A stretch of 64,000 nucleotides of DNA. Origin: Trichosphaerium sp. ATCC 40318. Taxonomy: Eukaryota > Protista > Tubulinea. The notes under the pieces are model-generated. The model saw nothing but the letters and a program-made list of their open reading frames with translations, did no database searches and was not told the DNA's origin. A program made the position numbers and the translations under genes. The number at the start of each line of letters is the position of its first letter. The stretch's first letter is position 1. This document shows positions 40,867 through 54,471 of the stretch, in pieces. Where the stretch lies: contig JALMLS010000373.1 of NCBI GenBank assembly GCA_038496445.1, forward strand, positions 76,179-140,178. The letters are read 5' to 3'.

Positions 40867-42329
40867 TTATTCACTTTGTTTTACAAAAGTCTTTACAACA
40901 ATTCCTTTCTTTGCAATGCAATGCTCTATTAATTGTCCAGTCCGACTCCATCTCCAGTAAGATCCTTCTAATTTACCATTTTTATGTGTAGAACGTTCTT
41001 GTAGCTGTCCATTATCATACCACATTCGAGAGAGTCCTTCTAACTTATTATTCTTCTTTATAACCTCCGTTTTAGCTGTTCCATTTTGATAGAATTGTCT
41101 TACTATTCCACTGTGCTTGTCATCCATTTCGCTCTCTTCCTTTATTTGACCATTGTCATACCATTGTTTACTTTTACCCTCTTTTCTTCCGTTAACATAG
41201 TGACAATGTATACGTATTTGCCCTGAGATGAACCAGCTTTTAAACTCTCCATTTGTTTTACCTTCTTTTTGATGTGACTCAACATTAAGCTGTCCATTCT
41301 TGAAATATGTCCTTAACAGCTTCTCCTTCTTTCCATTAACAAAGCTACAATTAACCCTCACTTGACCGTTATCAAACCATTCTGTGTGGAGACCTCTTTT
41401 AAGTCCATTCTTGTACTGACTTTGTTGGCGAAGACTACCATTTTTATGCCACTCAAGAGATGATCCATCAAGTTTTCCATCCTTATAAAAAGCCTTATAT
41501 TTCTTTCTTCCATTTGAATACCATTTCATTATTTCACCTTGTTTGATATCGCTCTTTGATGCATATTGTATAGCCAGCACACCATTCTCAAAGTAATCTT
41601 TTGTGACACCATGTCTCTTCCCTTCTCGGAATTCAATTTCACACTTTATTCGTCCATTAGTGTGCCATGACTTATAGACACCGTCTCTTAACCCATCAAC
41701 AAAACTACTCGTAAAATTCTGTTGACCACTAGGGTACCACCGAGATATTGCACCGTTAGCAATACCGCGTTCGAACTGCTGCTTTACGCATTTTTTTCCG
41801 TTAGTGTACCACGCCAACCAGGCGCCTGTACGTTTTAATTCATGATCGTAATGGCTCATCGTGGCTGCTGTTCGCGAAAGGGTATGCCACTTTGTAAAAG
41901 TGTCTCTATCGTACGCAGCAATCTTTTGTTGGAGTTCTGGAGGTAGGCGAAGAAGCGGAGGCGTTACTACGTTGTTGGCTAGGTAAAAAATCAGTTTTAG
42001 CGTTAAATTACATTTTAACGTCATTAACACGACGCTTCAAGCGTAGTACCGAAGAAATCAAAGTCTTTAAGCGCTGTATCGATGATATTAATTTGTAGTT
42101 CCGAGTCTGCGCTCTTAGCGCTTTTTACTTGCTCAAGCATATCAAAACGAGCTTCGCTGAGTGTTTCCCGAAGATTTTCGGCTTCTACTTGAGCATTTGC
42201 AACGATTTCTACAGCACGGTCTTTTGCATCTTGTATTATACGCTCTGCTTCTTTCCTAGCGATATTCAATATTTCTTCACACTCACTCTCGAGCTTAGCA
42301 CTAAGTGACGCTATGCTGCCTTTCCACAT
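40867..42329 (-). CDS. Coiled-coil + F-box-like + MORN-variant (YwqK-like) repeat protein
   Basis: Two exons; LLRLPPELQQKIAAY followed by about a dozen WY.NGQ / GK..G repeats. Confidence 0.8.
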
Positions 42330-42607
42330 TGTACGAGAGCTGGCGTTGGTGCTTTGGGACCTTAATCAACACTTATTCGTATTGCTTCACAGAAGTTCTC
42401 AACTTTTGACTACTTAGTTGAATGGTTCAGTTGTAGCTTGACTGAAGTAAATAACAACATTCAACAGGTGGAAGTTACAGCACAGTCAAGGTTTAGCAGC
42501 ACGAAAAACTCATCTGCTATTCTATTCACTATGCAATATTGGAAGCAGGCTTCACACGTTTGCAACTCCGACTGAAATTGACTTCAAAACTACAAAATGA
42601 AATTAGC

Positions 42608-42973
42608 ATGACAGAAGGGTTTCCCGTTGTACGTTTATGTTTAATTCAAGTTTTTACAACCTTATACGCGTAGAAATATGTAGAGAAGCTCATAAAAGCA
42701 AAGTTATCCAATTTGAAAGGTACTTTTCTTGTAAACCGCCAATATTTAAATTGACAACTCACTCTAGTAAATGGAGATGCCACAACGCTAACGGCGGCAC
42801 ATTTTACTTTTTTTGTACAAGGTACAACTCAAAACGGTCGTAAATAGACTCTAATGATAGCCATAGAGTTCATAAATAGAGCAGCGTTAATAGCAAAGGA
42901 AGCAGGGCATGATACAGTTGAAGTACAACACGTTGAAAAAATGTTAGCGCAATTCTTGTTAGACTTTGCGTGA
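42608..42973 (+). CDS. CENPX: Centromere protein X / MHF2 histone-fold protein
   Basis: Spliced MTEGFPV|KYVEKLI..|VNGDA..FVQE..TVEVQHVEKMLAQFLLDFA*. Confidence 0.8.
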
Positions 42974-43139
42974 CATATCAATAAAACACCCTTGCCAAGC
43001 TTTTGTTGTTTTTTTTTTGTTTGTTCACTTGACTGACGAAGAAAATGTCGTAAACCTTTTCTACTCGCTTAAATATCTACTACGCAAGGTCTACAACATC
43101 ACTTGGACGAGATACCGAACAGAAGAGCTGTCTTAAATC

Positions 43140-46100
43140 ATGAGACTACTCATTCTGTTCGCTATTTTAGCATTATCACGTGTACATGCGAAGGTGATAG
43201 ATATTCAACCGTGGAAGGACTCTGGAGCGTATCAAAAGTGTCTTAGTACGTCTAGGTTGTTACTAATCTTTTTACCCTTATTTATTACCTCTAAAGAGAT
43301 GTATCTAACACTTAATTATAGAAGTAGACCAGAGTTGGCTTTCAGTTGTTAACACGAGTGGTATTTACACTGACGGTAAAAAATTCAAGGCCCAATGTAT
43401 GGGATATTCACCTACACCTATCGGTACGTTCAATAATACCTTTTATTTGTAAAATACGTCTATCCCTAAATGTCAAAGAGGGTTTTCGTTTTTTGACTTT
43501 TTTTTTGCTGTTCTCGGCTCTGCTTGTTATGTCGCTGACGTCCTCGCTTAGGTTATTCGTTTGAGGTTAATCCACATGGTGATTACTATACTTCTAATTG
43601 GAAGAACCTGTGGGAGAGGGATTTGTTGTTAATGCACAAGGCAGGCTTGAATCTTGTGCGTCTGTGGAACTGGAACCTTCAGGTATGTCTTTGGGAACCA
43701 TCAGTGTTCGGATTTTTAGGAACTGGGGAAACCCTCCCTTTCTGACTTATTTGTGACTTAGAGTGATCACACTGAGTTTCTAGACAAGTGTAAGGAGTAT
43801 GGCATGCGTGTACGCCCTTTATTAGCGCTATAGTTCGCCGTTAAGCTGATAACAAGCGCTTAGGTTCTTGTTCCTTTTATTATGAATATAAAGATCTATC
43901 CGGACTTGAAGGATATGCCTACACGTCGTTTGGCTTTAGAAAACTTTAGAGCTTTCCTTGAGCGACAAAGTAAGTATTTGTCTTTTGTTGTCAACTCTTT
44001 TTCAAAGAAGGTTTTACCTTGGCTTTGAAAAGGTTATGAGTCTTGTCACAAAAAAAGACGTGAACTCTTTGTGTGCCACAAATCTTTGTTTTCTTTTTTA
44101 TTTTGAAATGTCATGCGCATTTCGTGGATAGCACTACAATTAGCATTATTGACACTGCGACGCTGTTTTTAAACCTGTTTATGACACGTGACGTTTTACA
44201 TAAAATAAACAAGATTTTTTTTGTGTTTTACAACTAATCTCTGTTTAGATCACCCTGCAGTGTTCGGCTATCTTATTGGAAATGAGCTTAATAAAGTACC
44301 TTCATTTAAATTAGTAAAAATGAATCTAATCACGCAATACTTTAGGAGTTCCAGACACAGCTTCCTGAGCTTTTTTCGCTTGTTAACCAAATGGTGTTTA
44401 TAAGTAACCAGTAAGTCTTTTCTTGTTTAAGGGTTTGCGTGTTTTATATTCTGATAATCTCCTTTTAGGTATCATTTGGATACCTACTTCCCTGGAGAAG
44501 AAATGGTCAACGGCAAACCTAGAAAAATCCATCCTATTACAATCCCGCTCGCTGATGACGGTTCTTTTCATTCTTTATTACAAGACTACAATGAGATTTT
44601 AAATATATCTTACTGGTCATTGCAAACATATCGTAATCCATTCGATGATGGTCATACTGGAATGGGTGATGTACGTATACATGGACATACTAGTGATATT
44701 AAAGATAGATAAATAATCTCACGTGTAGGTTTTTAACAAATTCTCAGAACTTACACAAAGCAGAAGAACGCATCTTATGATTACAGAATTTGGTGCTGAC
44801 TCTAACTCACACCATCCTGAACGTCCAAAGTCTCAAGCTGAAATGATAAAAAAGCAATGGGAAACAGTTAGGGATGGAGCTTTCTCTCTTGGCGGTTGTA
44901 TTATGGTAGAACAGTCTCAACAAAACCCAAAAAAATTATTTACTCATTTTGCTAGGAATTTAATGACGAGTGGTGTAAAGGAACTTTCTCTGATACACGA
45001 AATCCTGGCCCTTGTCCGAGTTACCAATATAAATCTCAGAGTCCCTGTTCTCATAATGTATCATATCAATTGATATATGAAGAGTATATGGGTCTTGTAG
45101 AGCTTTGGGAAGGTACGTTGTTTTGTGTAGGTTTTTTTTGTAAATGTTCTTGATTGATGTGTCTGTAGGTCCTTCAAAAGCTGGTAACAAGTTGATCAGA
45201 TTGGACCATGAGTACTGTATAAAGCCTAAAGAAGCGTATTTCGCTATTGGAGAGTCATGGAATGGCAGTTTTGCTAAAACGTCACCGTGTATTGGCTCTA
45301 AGTTTCACACTCAGTTCAACGGAGAAGATTATTGTTGTTCTTTTGATAACTCATTTAAGGTTAGAAAAAAGTCGTGGCAATTCTCCCGCTGACTTTCATG
45401 TGTAGTTGACTATTATCGCTGGTGGTATTATTGGTGTTCTTGCTACTGCTGCGCCTTTTGCATTTGTTATAATGAAATCTTGTTTAAAAGACTGTGCTTG
45501 TGTAAAGAAAATGTCAAAGGCAAAGAAGAAAAAAAATGGAACAGAAAAGAGATCGAGCTCTTTATCGAATGTTGCCGGAGATACAAACCGACGCGTAACG
45601 AAGGTAAGATTCTATTGAACTAGTAAAAAAATCCAGCATGTTTCGTGACTAACTTATAGGAGGAGCTGAGTCGAGCTTTTTCGATGTTTCGCCCTAGATC
45701 CACAAAGTTGTTGAGGTAAGAATATTATTATTTGTAGGAATTTTTTGAGAATGTAATGTTTGGTGCTCTGTAGGGAGAGATTACTTCGATCTATAACTGA
45801 TATGCTTGATGCCCAAATAGTTAAAGATTATGATATTGCATTACGCGTTGTTTATCAGCGTTACATGGAAGGTTATTATATCTGGAAGGGCAAGAAAGAC
45901 TTTGAGACAGCTGTAGACACCAAAAAGATTTTGGACGAACTTGCTCTCTACGTATTTACTTGCCAAACCGCTGGTAAGAATTAAGAAAGTAATTGATATG
46001 TTTGCATACTAAATATTGTACAGGAACCATTAATCATTCTCCAGAGAAAGTTATGGAGGTAAATGTTTACGAAGTTTTCTCAGAACATTCAGCACTATTT

Positions 46101-49100
46101 AGCATTTGCGCTCTTTTTGATAGCGTTGTGTCCACCAACATTCTTTTTGTAGGTATACGACTTTCTTAAAGAGCACTTGCTTGATCCGCAACATGATCCA
46201 AATATCCAACGCGACGTTACTTTCACAGTACCTGCCAAGGGAAAACAAACTGAAGAGTATATCCGACAAATATTTGAGTATTACTATTACGTATTCAAGT
46301 ACTGCAAGCTCACATTCGATGACATTAACTACGACGGCATGAGGTAAATCAAATACTTGAGAAGCTCCATATTTATTTACAAGAAAAACCACTCACTGAT
46401 ACGTTTAGACGAAAGAACTTCACCATCAGACTGTGGAACTATAAGCCATTTTTGAACTTGCGGTTTTTTGACAAGAAACCAGCGGCACTTGGTACTCATG
46501 ACTTTTGGGGCAAAGAGCACGAGTTTGGTAAAGTAAGTTTCGGTTATTAGTTTATTATTTCTTATCATTTTAACACTACAACAGGGTGTCCACGACTTTT
46601 TAGCTTGGAAAAAAGTGAACAATCCTAAAACATTGACGAAGTGGTTTCCTGAGCGTGGAGGTTTATTTACTCTTGTATATAATTACAATTGGTATATTAG
46701 ACTTAATTATGTTATGGCTATCATTGTTTGGGCACTCATTGATAAAGTACGATACAGGAAAACGAAAACCAAGAAAAAAATGAGAAAAAATTATTAAATT
46801 TTGTAATCAAAACCTTCTTTAACCTCTTTTTAGGGTGCTTGTCCGAATGCTGTTGTTACTCTTGGTGCTAAAGGTGATGTCGCTTTTGGACTACTGATAT
46901 GGCTTTTAAATTTCTGGGTTGTTGGTCTTCAGCATACAAAGATTTCTCATTTCTTTTCTGGAGTGTTTTGGTTTGGTATGACATTCGTGATATTCTACTT
47001 AAAACGTACGACAATGCCCTGCGGAAACAAATAATATTTAACTGTGTATTTAAGCTATAAAGGCTATAACGATTGATATCGGAGTATTTGCGGTGTCCTT
47101 GGACTTGATAATTTTCGCTTATTTGCTTCTGAGGTAACTCTTTTAGTTCATTGACTTCCTTTTCTTATTACTTTATACAGAGCATTAAAGATAGTTGTCC
47201 AAGAGATTTATCTTAATTTCTTTGTATCTGTACCTTTTGATATTGCCGGTCGTTTATCAAGACAAGGATGGAGAGGGGTCTTGTACGATGACAGATCTCG
47301 AAAAACTGAAAAACTAACATGAATTTTGTTTTAGGCCAAAGAGAGTCTTACACAAGATCCTTACTTTCCTCTTCAACCTCGTTTTTTGGGTTTCTGTGAT
47401 AGCACTGAACATTGTACTATTCACTGTGTACGTATATCACACTGAAAAGAATAAGAATTCGTATGAGATCTTAACATGCTATTATAGTTTTGAACCAACT
47501 CTTGTTCGAATTGACTTTGATCAATGCATTTGTACTGAAGAACCCAGCGAATTGAATATGCCTTACTACCACAAGAACTGTGCACTTATACAGACAAGTT
47601 GTTATTCTGGTGTTATCATAACATGGATCGCCACAATCCTCGTTTTCGGTGTCATCAATAACATATGCTACCAGGTTCGCTTTTCTACCTTTTCTCTTAC
47701 TTCAAATCGTGCCCCTCAGAGTAACCTTTTATAGGCTGGTCTCTTAGTTTATGGTATCATATTCGGTACAATTAGACGTGTCGGAAACGTAAAGACTTGG
47801 AGTGATGTCACAGACTTTCAAAAACCGATTACGGAAAAGAACTTCAAAGCAATTTCTTATGTATTCAAAGACAGAACTGGTAAGTTCGAAGCTTGTTATT
47901 CGTTTTCATGTACACTTACGCATGTTTTCTTTTTTAGCTCTCATAGGAGACGTATGGGAAAAGATTATAGAAGCTATGGGTGAAGAAGATATCCTAAGTG
48001 AAGAGGAAGAAACCAACTACAAAAAACGGTTGATGTCTATTCCTCCAAAGTAAGTTGTATGTTTTCTTTGTCGCCTACTAACTATTTTTGAACAGTAATA
48101 AAGAAGCTAAAAGAAGGTTGATACAGTTCCTATGGTCTCTTGAATCAATGACACATTGGCATAACCGCAGTCGCGAAGTTTATGTAAGTCAGAAAATGTG
48201 ATAAGAGGTACTTACCTATTTTTCCTTTTTAGGACTCTTATTATACTCAACGTCATCGTGTTCGTACTATGCCTTCATGGACTGTTATGGTTCCAGTGTA
48301 CAGTGAGACTATTATATACTCCATAGAAGAGCTTCTAAGACCACCAGAGGTAAAGGTATCAACAGGAGAATCCATTTATTCAAGGAACAAGAAAATGTAC
48401 AGTTACAGCAAAGTAATTTCGTTCCTCACACTTTTTAGCGTTGTTAAGGAAACAAGACAAAAAATATCAAAGCTTGAGTACCTTGCAGGAACATTTACTG
48501 AAGATTGGGAGGTATTCGTTCAACGTAAGATCAAGCCGTTGACAGGAATATTGAATCCACAAAAAGCTTTGAAGATGCTGATCAGGGTACAACAAAAAAT
48601 CTGTTTTGTGAAGCTTGTTCTTACGCTGTTTAGTATGAATTACGAGATCCAGAAGTCATCAAACGTGTTCGTCTTTGGTGTAGTCTTCGTGGTCAAACAC
48701 TTTGCAAAACAGTCAGAGGTCTTCATTATTACAGAGATGCAATAAGATTCCTTCTTTCACTTGAAGAACCAGATTTAAGCGAAAACGAGCTTGATGCGCT
48801 TGTTGATAGAAAGTTCCAGATTCTTATCACCCACCAACGTTTCAGTGATGCTGTACAAGGTAAAAACAATAATTGGCTTGAAGTACGTACCCATAATTTT
48901 GTCCAAGAGAGGATTCTTATTTTTTTCTTTTTCTGAACGAAATAAATTAGGCAATGGAGTTATTGAAAGAAGTGTACCCACATTTCGACCTTGCATTCAA
49001 TATTGAGAATGCACGTACTGGTGAATTCAAGTCTTGTTGTTTTACTAGAGATACGTTTAAATGGATGTCTAAGCTAGAAAACGAAAATGGAAACCGTAGA

Positions 49101-52100
49101 AGAGGGAACAATGTTCCCGCAGAAAAGAGCTTGAAATTGAGATATGCCGTAAGGAGTTTTGTTCCGTTTTTTTTTTGCCTTGCTAATGGTTTTTGTTAGC
49201 AAGGTGATTACGTTGTTGTCAAGCGTCCTGGACCTTTGAAGCTTGGTGAAGGTAAAGCAGAGAATCAAATACATGCACTACCGTTCGCGTTACACCAAGT
49301 GATACAAGTCAACGGTACGTTGTTGGAAAAAGTAAACAAAAACAACTTAAGCTGACTTTGAACGAAAGATATGAACCAAGATAACTCTTTTGAGGATGCT
49401 ATTAAAGTACCAACACTTTTATACAAATGGATGACACCTACAGGTATGATTATCAAACATTTAACTAAAAGTTGGAGCCACGTGTTCTTACACATAAAAA
49501 GGTCAACTAAACGAGGAAATTGCAAAGTATGATCACAACAAAGTTATCCCAAAATATCGCGTTGTAGGATTCCCAGAGCACTGCTTCACCAGGTAGGACA
49601 TAATTAACCTTTTATTTCGAGTATTATTCTAATAGAATTATGTTAGGGATCTCAGTAAAGTTGGAGAGTTTATGGGATCAGCTGAATGGACTTTTGTCAC
49701 AATCACACAAAGAACGTTATCTTATCCTTTGGCAACAAGACTTCATTACGGCCATCCTGATTTCTTTGACGGATACTGGGTCAGAACACGTGGAGGTCCA
49801 TCAAAAGCGTCACTTAAGGTACAGAAAATCAAGTTTGAATTCAAATTAACAACGTGTATAGGTCAACGTTAATGAAGATATCTTTGCTGGGTATGAAATG
49901 ATGGGTAGAGGAGAAAAAATCGCTTATGTCGAATTCATACAACAAAAAAAAGGAAGAGAGTCAGAGTTCCTTGGATCATACTCTTTTGAAGCAAAGCTTG
50001 CTCAAGGAGCAGCACAACAGGTAAAATCTTAAAAGTTACTTTGTTTTTTTCTTAATCACGTGTTTTTTGATTACTTTTTAGGTGCGTTCCAGAGAGGTAT
50101 ATAAGTTGAACAAACGGCTTGGTTTTATGAAACGTCTTGCACTTCTTCATGGAACTATTGGTTTCTACTTGACGAATACACTCCTTGTACGTTTTTATCA
50201 TTGCCAGAAACCCATCTCCTTTTATTTACCATGTGATGTTTAGGAGATGACTATAGACTTGTATATTTACAGTTTACTACTCTTTCAAATCGGTGGCCTG
50301 TCTTATAACAAGCTTGGTCTTTTAGGATCCAAGTTAGCTGTACCTTACTTATTACAAGTCGGTTTCGTTCAAGCTGTTCCAATGTGGATAGGCAAGCCTC
50401 GTTTTTAATCTCGAAACTTTCTTTTTTAATTGGTTTTGTCAGAGATGTGTATACAAATGGGTATCTTGTCTGGTACTGCTTACTTTATACGAAACTTACC
50501 GCTATCAATGGTGTTCTTCATATTCCACCTTAAAACAAAATCATACTATTTTATAAGAGGTAAGCAAAAGAATCACGTGAAACTTGAGTGTTTTTTTTTA
50601 TTGGCTACAACTCTATTAACTTTTATTTTCTAGGTCTCTTAACTGGAACTGGAAGTTATATTGGTACAGGTCGTTTGTTTGGTCTGGAAGCAGCAACTTA
50701 CGTTGATCATTACATTGTACGACTTGACTGAAGGCGTTTTCTACAGTGAAGTAATTCTCGTTTAGCGGTATGCGAATAGCCATTTCAAAAAGGCTTTAAT
50801 ACTCCTTGGATCAGTACTTGCTTACTGGCTTGTAACCACGGATTCGTTCTTGACTGCACTTGTCAGGACTTCTTCGACAACGTTTTTGGCTGTTTGTTGG
50901 CTGGTAAGGGCTCAAGACATGCTCCTTTTCTCTTTTTTTGTACATGTAAAAGAATAGTACTGACAAAGCCCTTAGTCAGCTCCTATGATTTTCAACCCAT
51001 TCGCAAGTCAAATATTTACTCAGATGGACTCAACCGAATTCCGTCGATGGATAGGAGGCGCACTTCGTATCACAGATATGGAACGTGCTGATTACGAAGA
51101 GCATGATGGGTAAGTTATATTAGATAAAAAAGTCTGAACCTTTTTGGATTTGCTGTGATATCTCTAACCCTGTACAAGACGTGCACAGAAACAGTGGTGG
51201 TCGAAACGTACTAGTACATCTTGGTTTGCATGGTGGATGCGTAAGTTATATAAACATTCCACATTGATGGTTTTATGTCAAAGTTGGTCTTTTAATGTTT
51301 TTTCTTTTTTAGACATCTGGATCATGGATAATGAAGCAGCTGATCAGATGGGTACAGGTGAACGTTTAGTATACTTTATTGTTAGTATATTCTCGTTTTG
51401 CCTGTCTTATCTACCATGGGTTCTACTTGGCGCACATTTTTGGACAAGTACATCGCTTTCAATTGCAGGTTGCGGTATCGTTATGTTGTTCGTCTACCTC
51501 AGCACCATCTTTCTCAGTACGCTCTCCAATATGTTTATCAAGCACTCATAATCCTTTAGATGACTCTCAGCACGCTCTACAAGGGATAATGAAGCTTCCT
51601 TCACTTGTAGTGCCTGTTTTCTTTATTGCATTTTACTACATTGCTGTTCAATATGCTTTTGCGAGTTTCTCTCTAAGGGATATTACAATTTCACTTGTTC
51701 TATTCGCTATAATACTATACGGATTACAAGAGATTGTAGTAAACTTATACGGTCTTTTGATTGTTTTCAGAACAAGAAATCCAAAGAAGAAGAAACCAAC
51801 CTCAAAAGTCAAAAGAACTTTGTACGTTTTCATTCTCTTTTTCTTATTTTTTTCTTAAGCTTTTCTTCATCCTTACACTTTTGTTTTTCAAGCTCTTTAC
51901 TACCTGCTGTTGGAAGTGTAAGTTATATTCAAATGTGTGTATACGTATTTAATTACTAATATATTTAAATAGGGCTCAAACGAACGTTGGACAATGCGTA
52001 CTAAATTCACAAGAAGTTATGTATCTTTACAAAGATTATGGCCGTTTTTGATGTATTGGTGGTTTGCAATTGTTGGTATGTTCCCTTTATTTTAGACCTG

Positions 52101-52682
52101 CTTTAAATCATTGATGAGAAATTGTTTATTTTACACCCTTTCCTACCTTGTACATATCTTAACATAAGCAGTTCTTTTTTCAAGTTTTTTTTGAAGAAAG
52201 CACTAATCTTACATAAGGTACCATCATTACTCTGTTTGGAGAATCATGCACAGCTCTTCTTTTCAATGCACGTGTTGCAGGTAGTTATCAAACTAGACTA
52301 TGGTTTGAAGGAGTTGAAAAACCTGATGACGACGGTCCACCTAAACCAAAGTACTTGCACCCTTTTCCACGCAAACTTCACTTCACTAACTTGTAACTTC
52401 TAGCAAACCAAGAAAGAAGATTTCTAAACCATCTACAGATAATAAAGACGGTCCAAGGCAGAGAAAAATAAGGCCTACTGCTCTTAAAAATGTTACTGTC
52501 CAAAAACAAACGACTGTTCCTCAAAAGGAACCTTTAATTCCTCTTGAAGTCAGAGGGTAATGAGTTTTTATTACATACACGTGTTTTTCTTATAGTTTTG
52601 TTCTAGACCTGATTCAAGTGATTTTGAATCTCCTCTTGGTGATTACGATGCAACTTCTGATTATACTGACAGAGGATTTTGA
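43140..52682 (+). CDS. Fusion: signal peptide + clan GH-A (GH2/GH72-like) glycoside hydrolase + TM + GT48 1,3-beta-glucan synthase
   Basis: GH: MGYSPTP, NLVRLW, HPAVFGYLIGNELN, ITEFGAD, EFNDEWCK. GT48: MPSWTVMVPVYSE, SLRGQTL, GEGKAENQ, DMNQDN, RLHYGHPD, VNEDIFAG, KLAQGAAQQVRSRE, plus many TM segments. Confidence 0.88.
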
Positions 52683-52951
52683 AACTGTTTAAAAGATGTA
52701 TCCGAGATATCCGAAATAACTTAATTGTAAAGAGAATTTTGAAAGAAAAAAAATAAAAAAAGATTTAGATTATAACGTTACCTGTGTTTCACGTGATAAA
52801 TATCAACCCGGAATTATATTTCCAGTTAACCCTTTGTTAGTTCGTCAATTACTCTGCACCTACGCCATTTCTCATATTTTGTCACAATTAGTAGGAACCT
52901 TCTTTATTTGTTTACATGTTTTAAGGGTCTAGTAAGTACTTTTTCACTTTC

Positions 52952-54059
52952 TCATTTCGTTTCCCAAGGCCGTATATCTTGTAGTAATCCAGCAAGTACG
53001 AGTTCATGTCCAAACGGTCTTGATGTATCTTCATAACATTCATCTAAAGTTAATCCTTCACCAACATAGTCATAACCATCATACCCCTAAAATACAATTG
53101 TTAATACTCCAAACGCAAGGAACAATAGAAAAAACCTATCTTACTATTATCTGGATATTATATCCTTGATCAACCATTTCAGTAAGCCTTCTGTATGCTT
53201 CTGTCTTTACAACATATTCGGCATATAACTTGCAATATATCTTTGCACGTGCATCCATGTATTCAAGGCGTTCACCACCCCAATAGGAAAATAGAGTCTT
53301 AGCACCCTTTTTGACATACCTAGTAAAGTAATAAGCAAAACTAATCCATGATAAGTAGTAAACTAACCTTGTTCCTTTAGGATTTGCAAATCCTTCTTTT
53401 CTTCTTGTAAAAAAAATTTCCTTAATCTCATCTGTTTCTTCATCTACTTCACCTTCCCATACCTTACTGAACTGCCAAAGGTTTTCTAAATACATATATA
53501 AGTATTTGCATCCTACTTATAAACAACAATACGAGAAAGCATACCCAAGTTCTAAGCACAAATGGCATTAGTGAAAAAAAATTAAGAAAAAAACAAGTTT
53601 GTCTTTTTTTTGGACATACTGTTGCCTCTGGTGCCTTCTCATTATGTTTTATTGGTCCTAGTTTCATAGGAGATAGTAATTTATAACATCCCGGAGCTGC
53701 AGAGCAACAATTAATATTCTAGGAAAACAATCAGTGAAAGTCTTCAAATCATTAAATTCGTTCAACTAATATCTCTTCTAAAAGCACAAAAAACTCTAAT
53801 TTACCTTATATCCGTCTACTTTAGGCCAAGGCTTTCCTCTCCTTAGAGCGTTAGCACGTATACTGCCCTTGATCCCTTTTTCGTTATTTTCTTTTTGTGT
53901 TTTCTCTATTGTTAATGCGTGAGCCTCCAGAGCTTCTTTTAGCTTCTGTTTATGCGCAATTTGTTCTTTTGTAAGCGGTTTTTTCTCTTTTTTTGTTTTC
54001 TTCGTTATTTTCCGTTTCTTTGCTGTTCCTTTGCTAGCCATAGTCGCTTTTCTTTTCAT
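52952..54059 (-). CDS. Uncharacterised protein with basic N-terminus (ENLWQFSKV / ARAKIYC / RPFGHELVLA family)
   Basis: Clean spliced ORF; motifs LSPMKLGP, LENLWQFSKVW, YMDARAKIYCKLYAE, GYDGYD, RPFGHELVLA. Confidence 0.7.
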
Positions 54060-54471
54060 TGAGAGCTATTGACGCGTTTGTGTCGCTTTAGTTGTAATAG
54101 TAACTTAATTAAGCAAAGAAAAGTTGACAACTTTTTTCAGCATCACTGAATAAGACTTGACTTTTATTACAAGTTTTGCATTACTTTGCACGGTTTCAAA
54201 TTCTCAGATGGCAAGGAGAAGTAGTTGTATATCATTCATAGGTAAGAGCGTGTCTGTTATAGATTCTCAGTCTATGGTTGTGCAACAACTAGTCACTGAA
54301 AGTATATATGAAGTAACAGCCGCAATTCCTCGACTTTGAGTCTGTTTAGATGTTCATGTTCCCTGACACCTATCAGTGAGACTCGCTTGTTTAGTATTTG
54401 ATTTAAATAAAGGACAAAGTAAATTGGTACTACGTGGAAAGGTAAAGCCAACAGATTTAATGACACATGTT

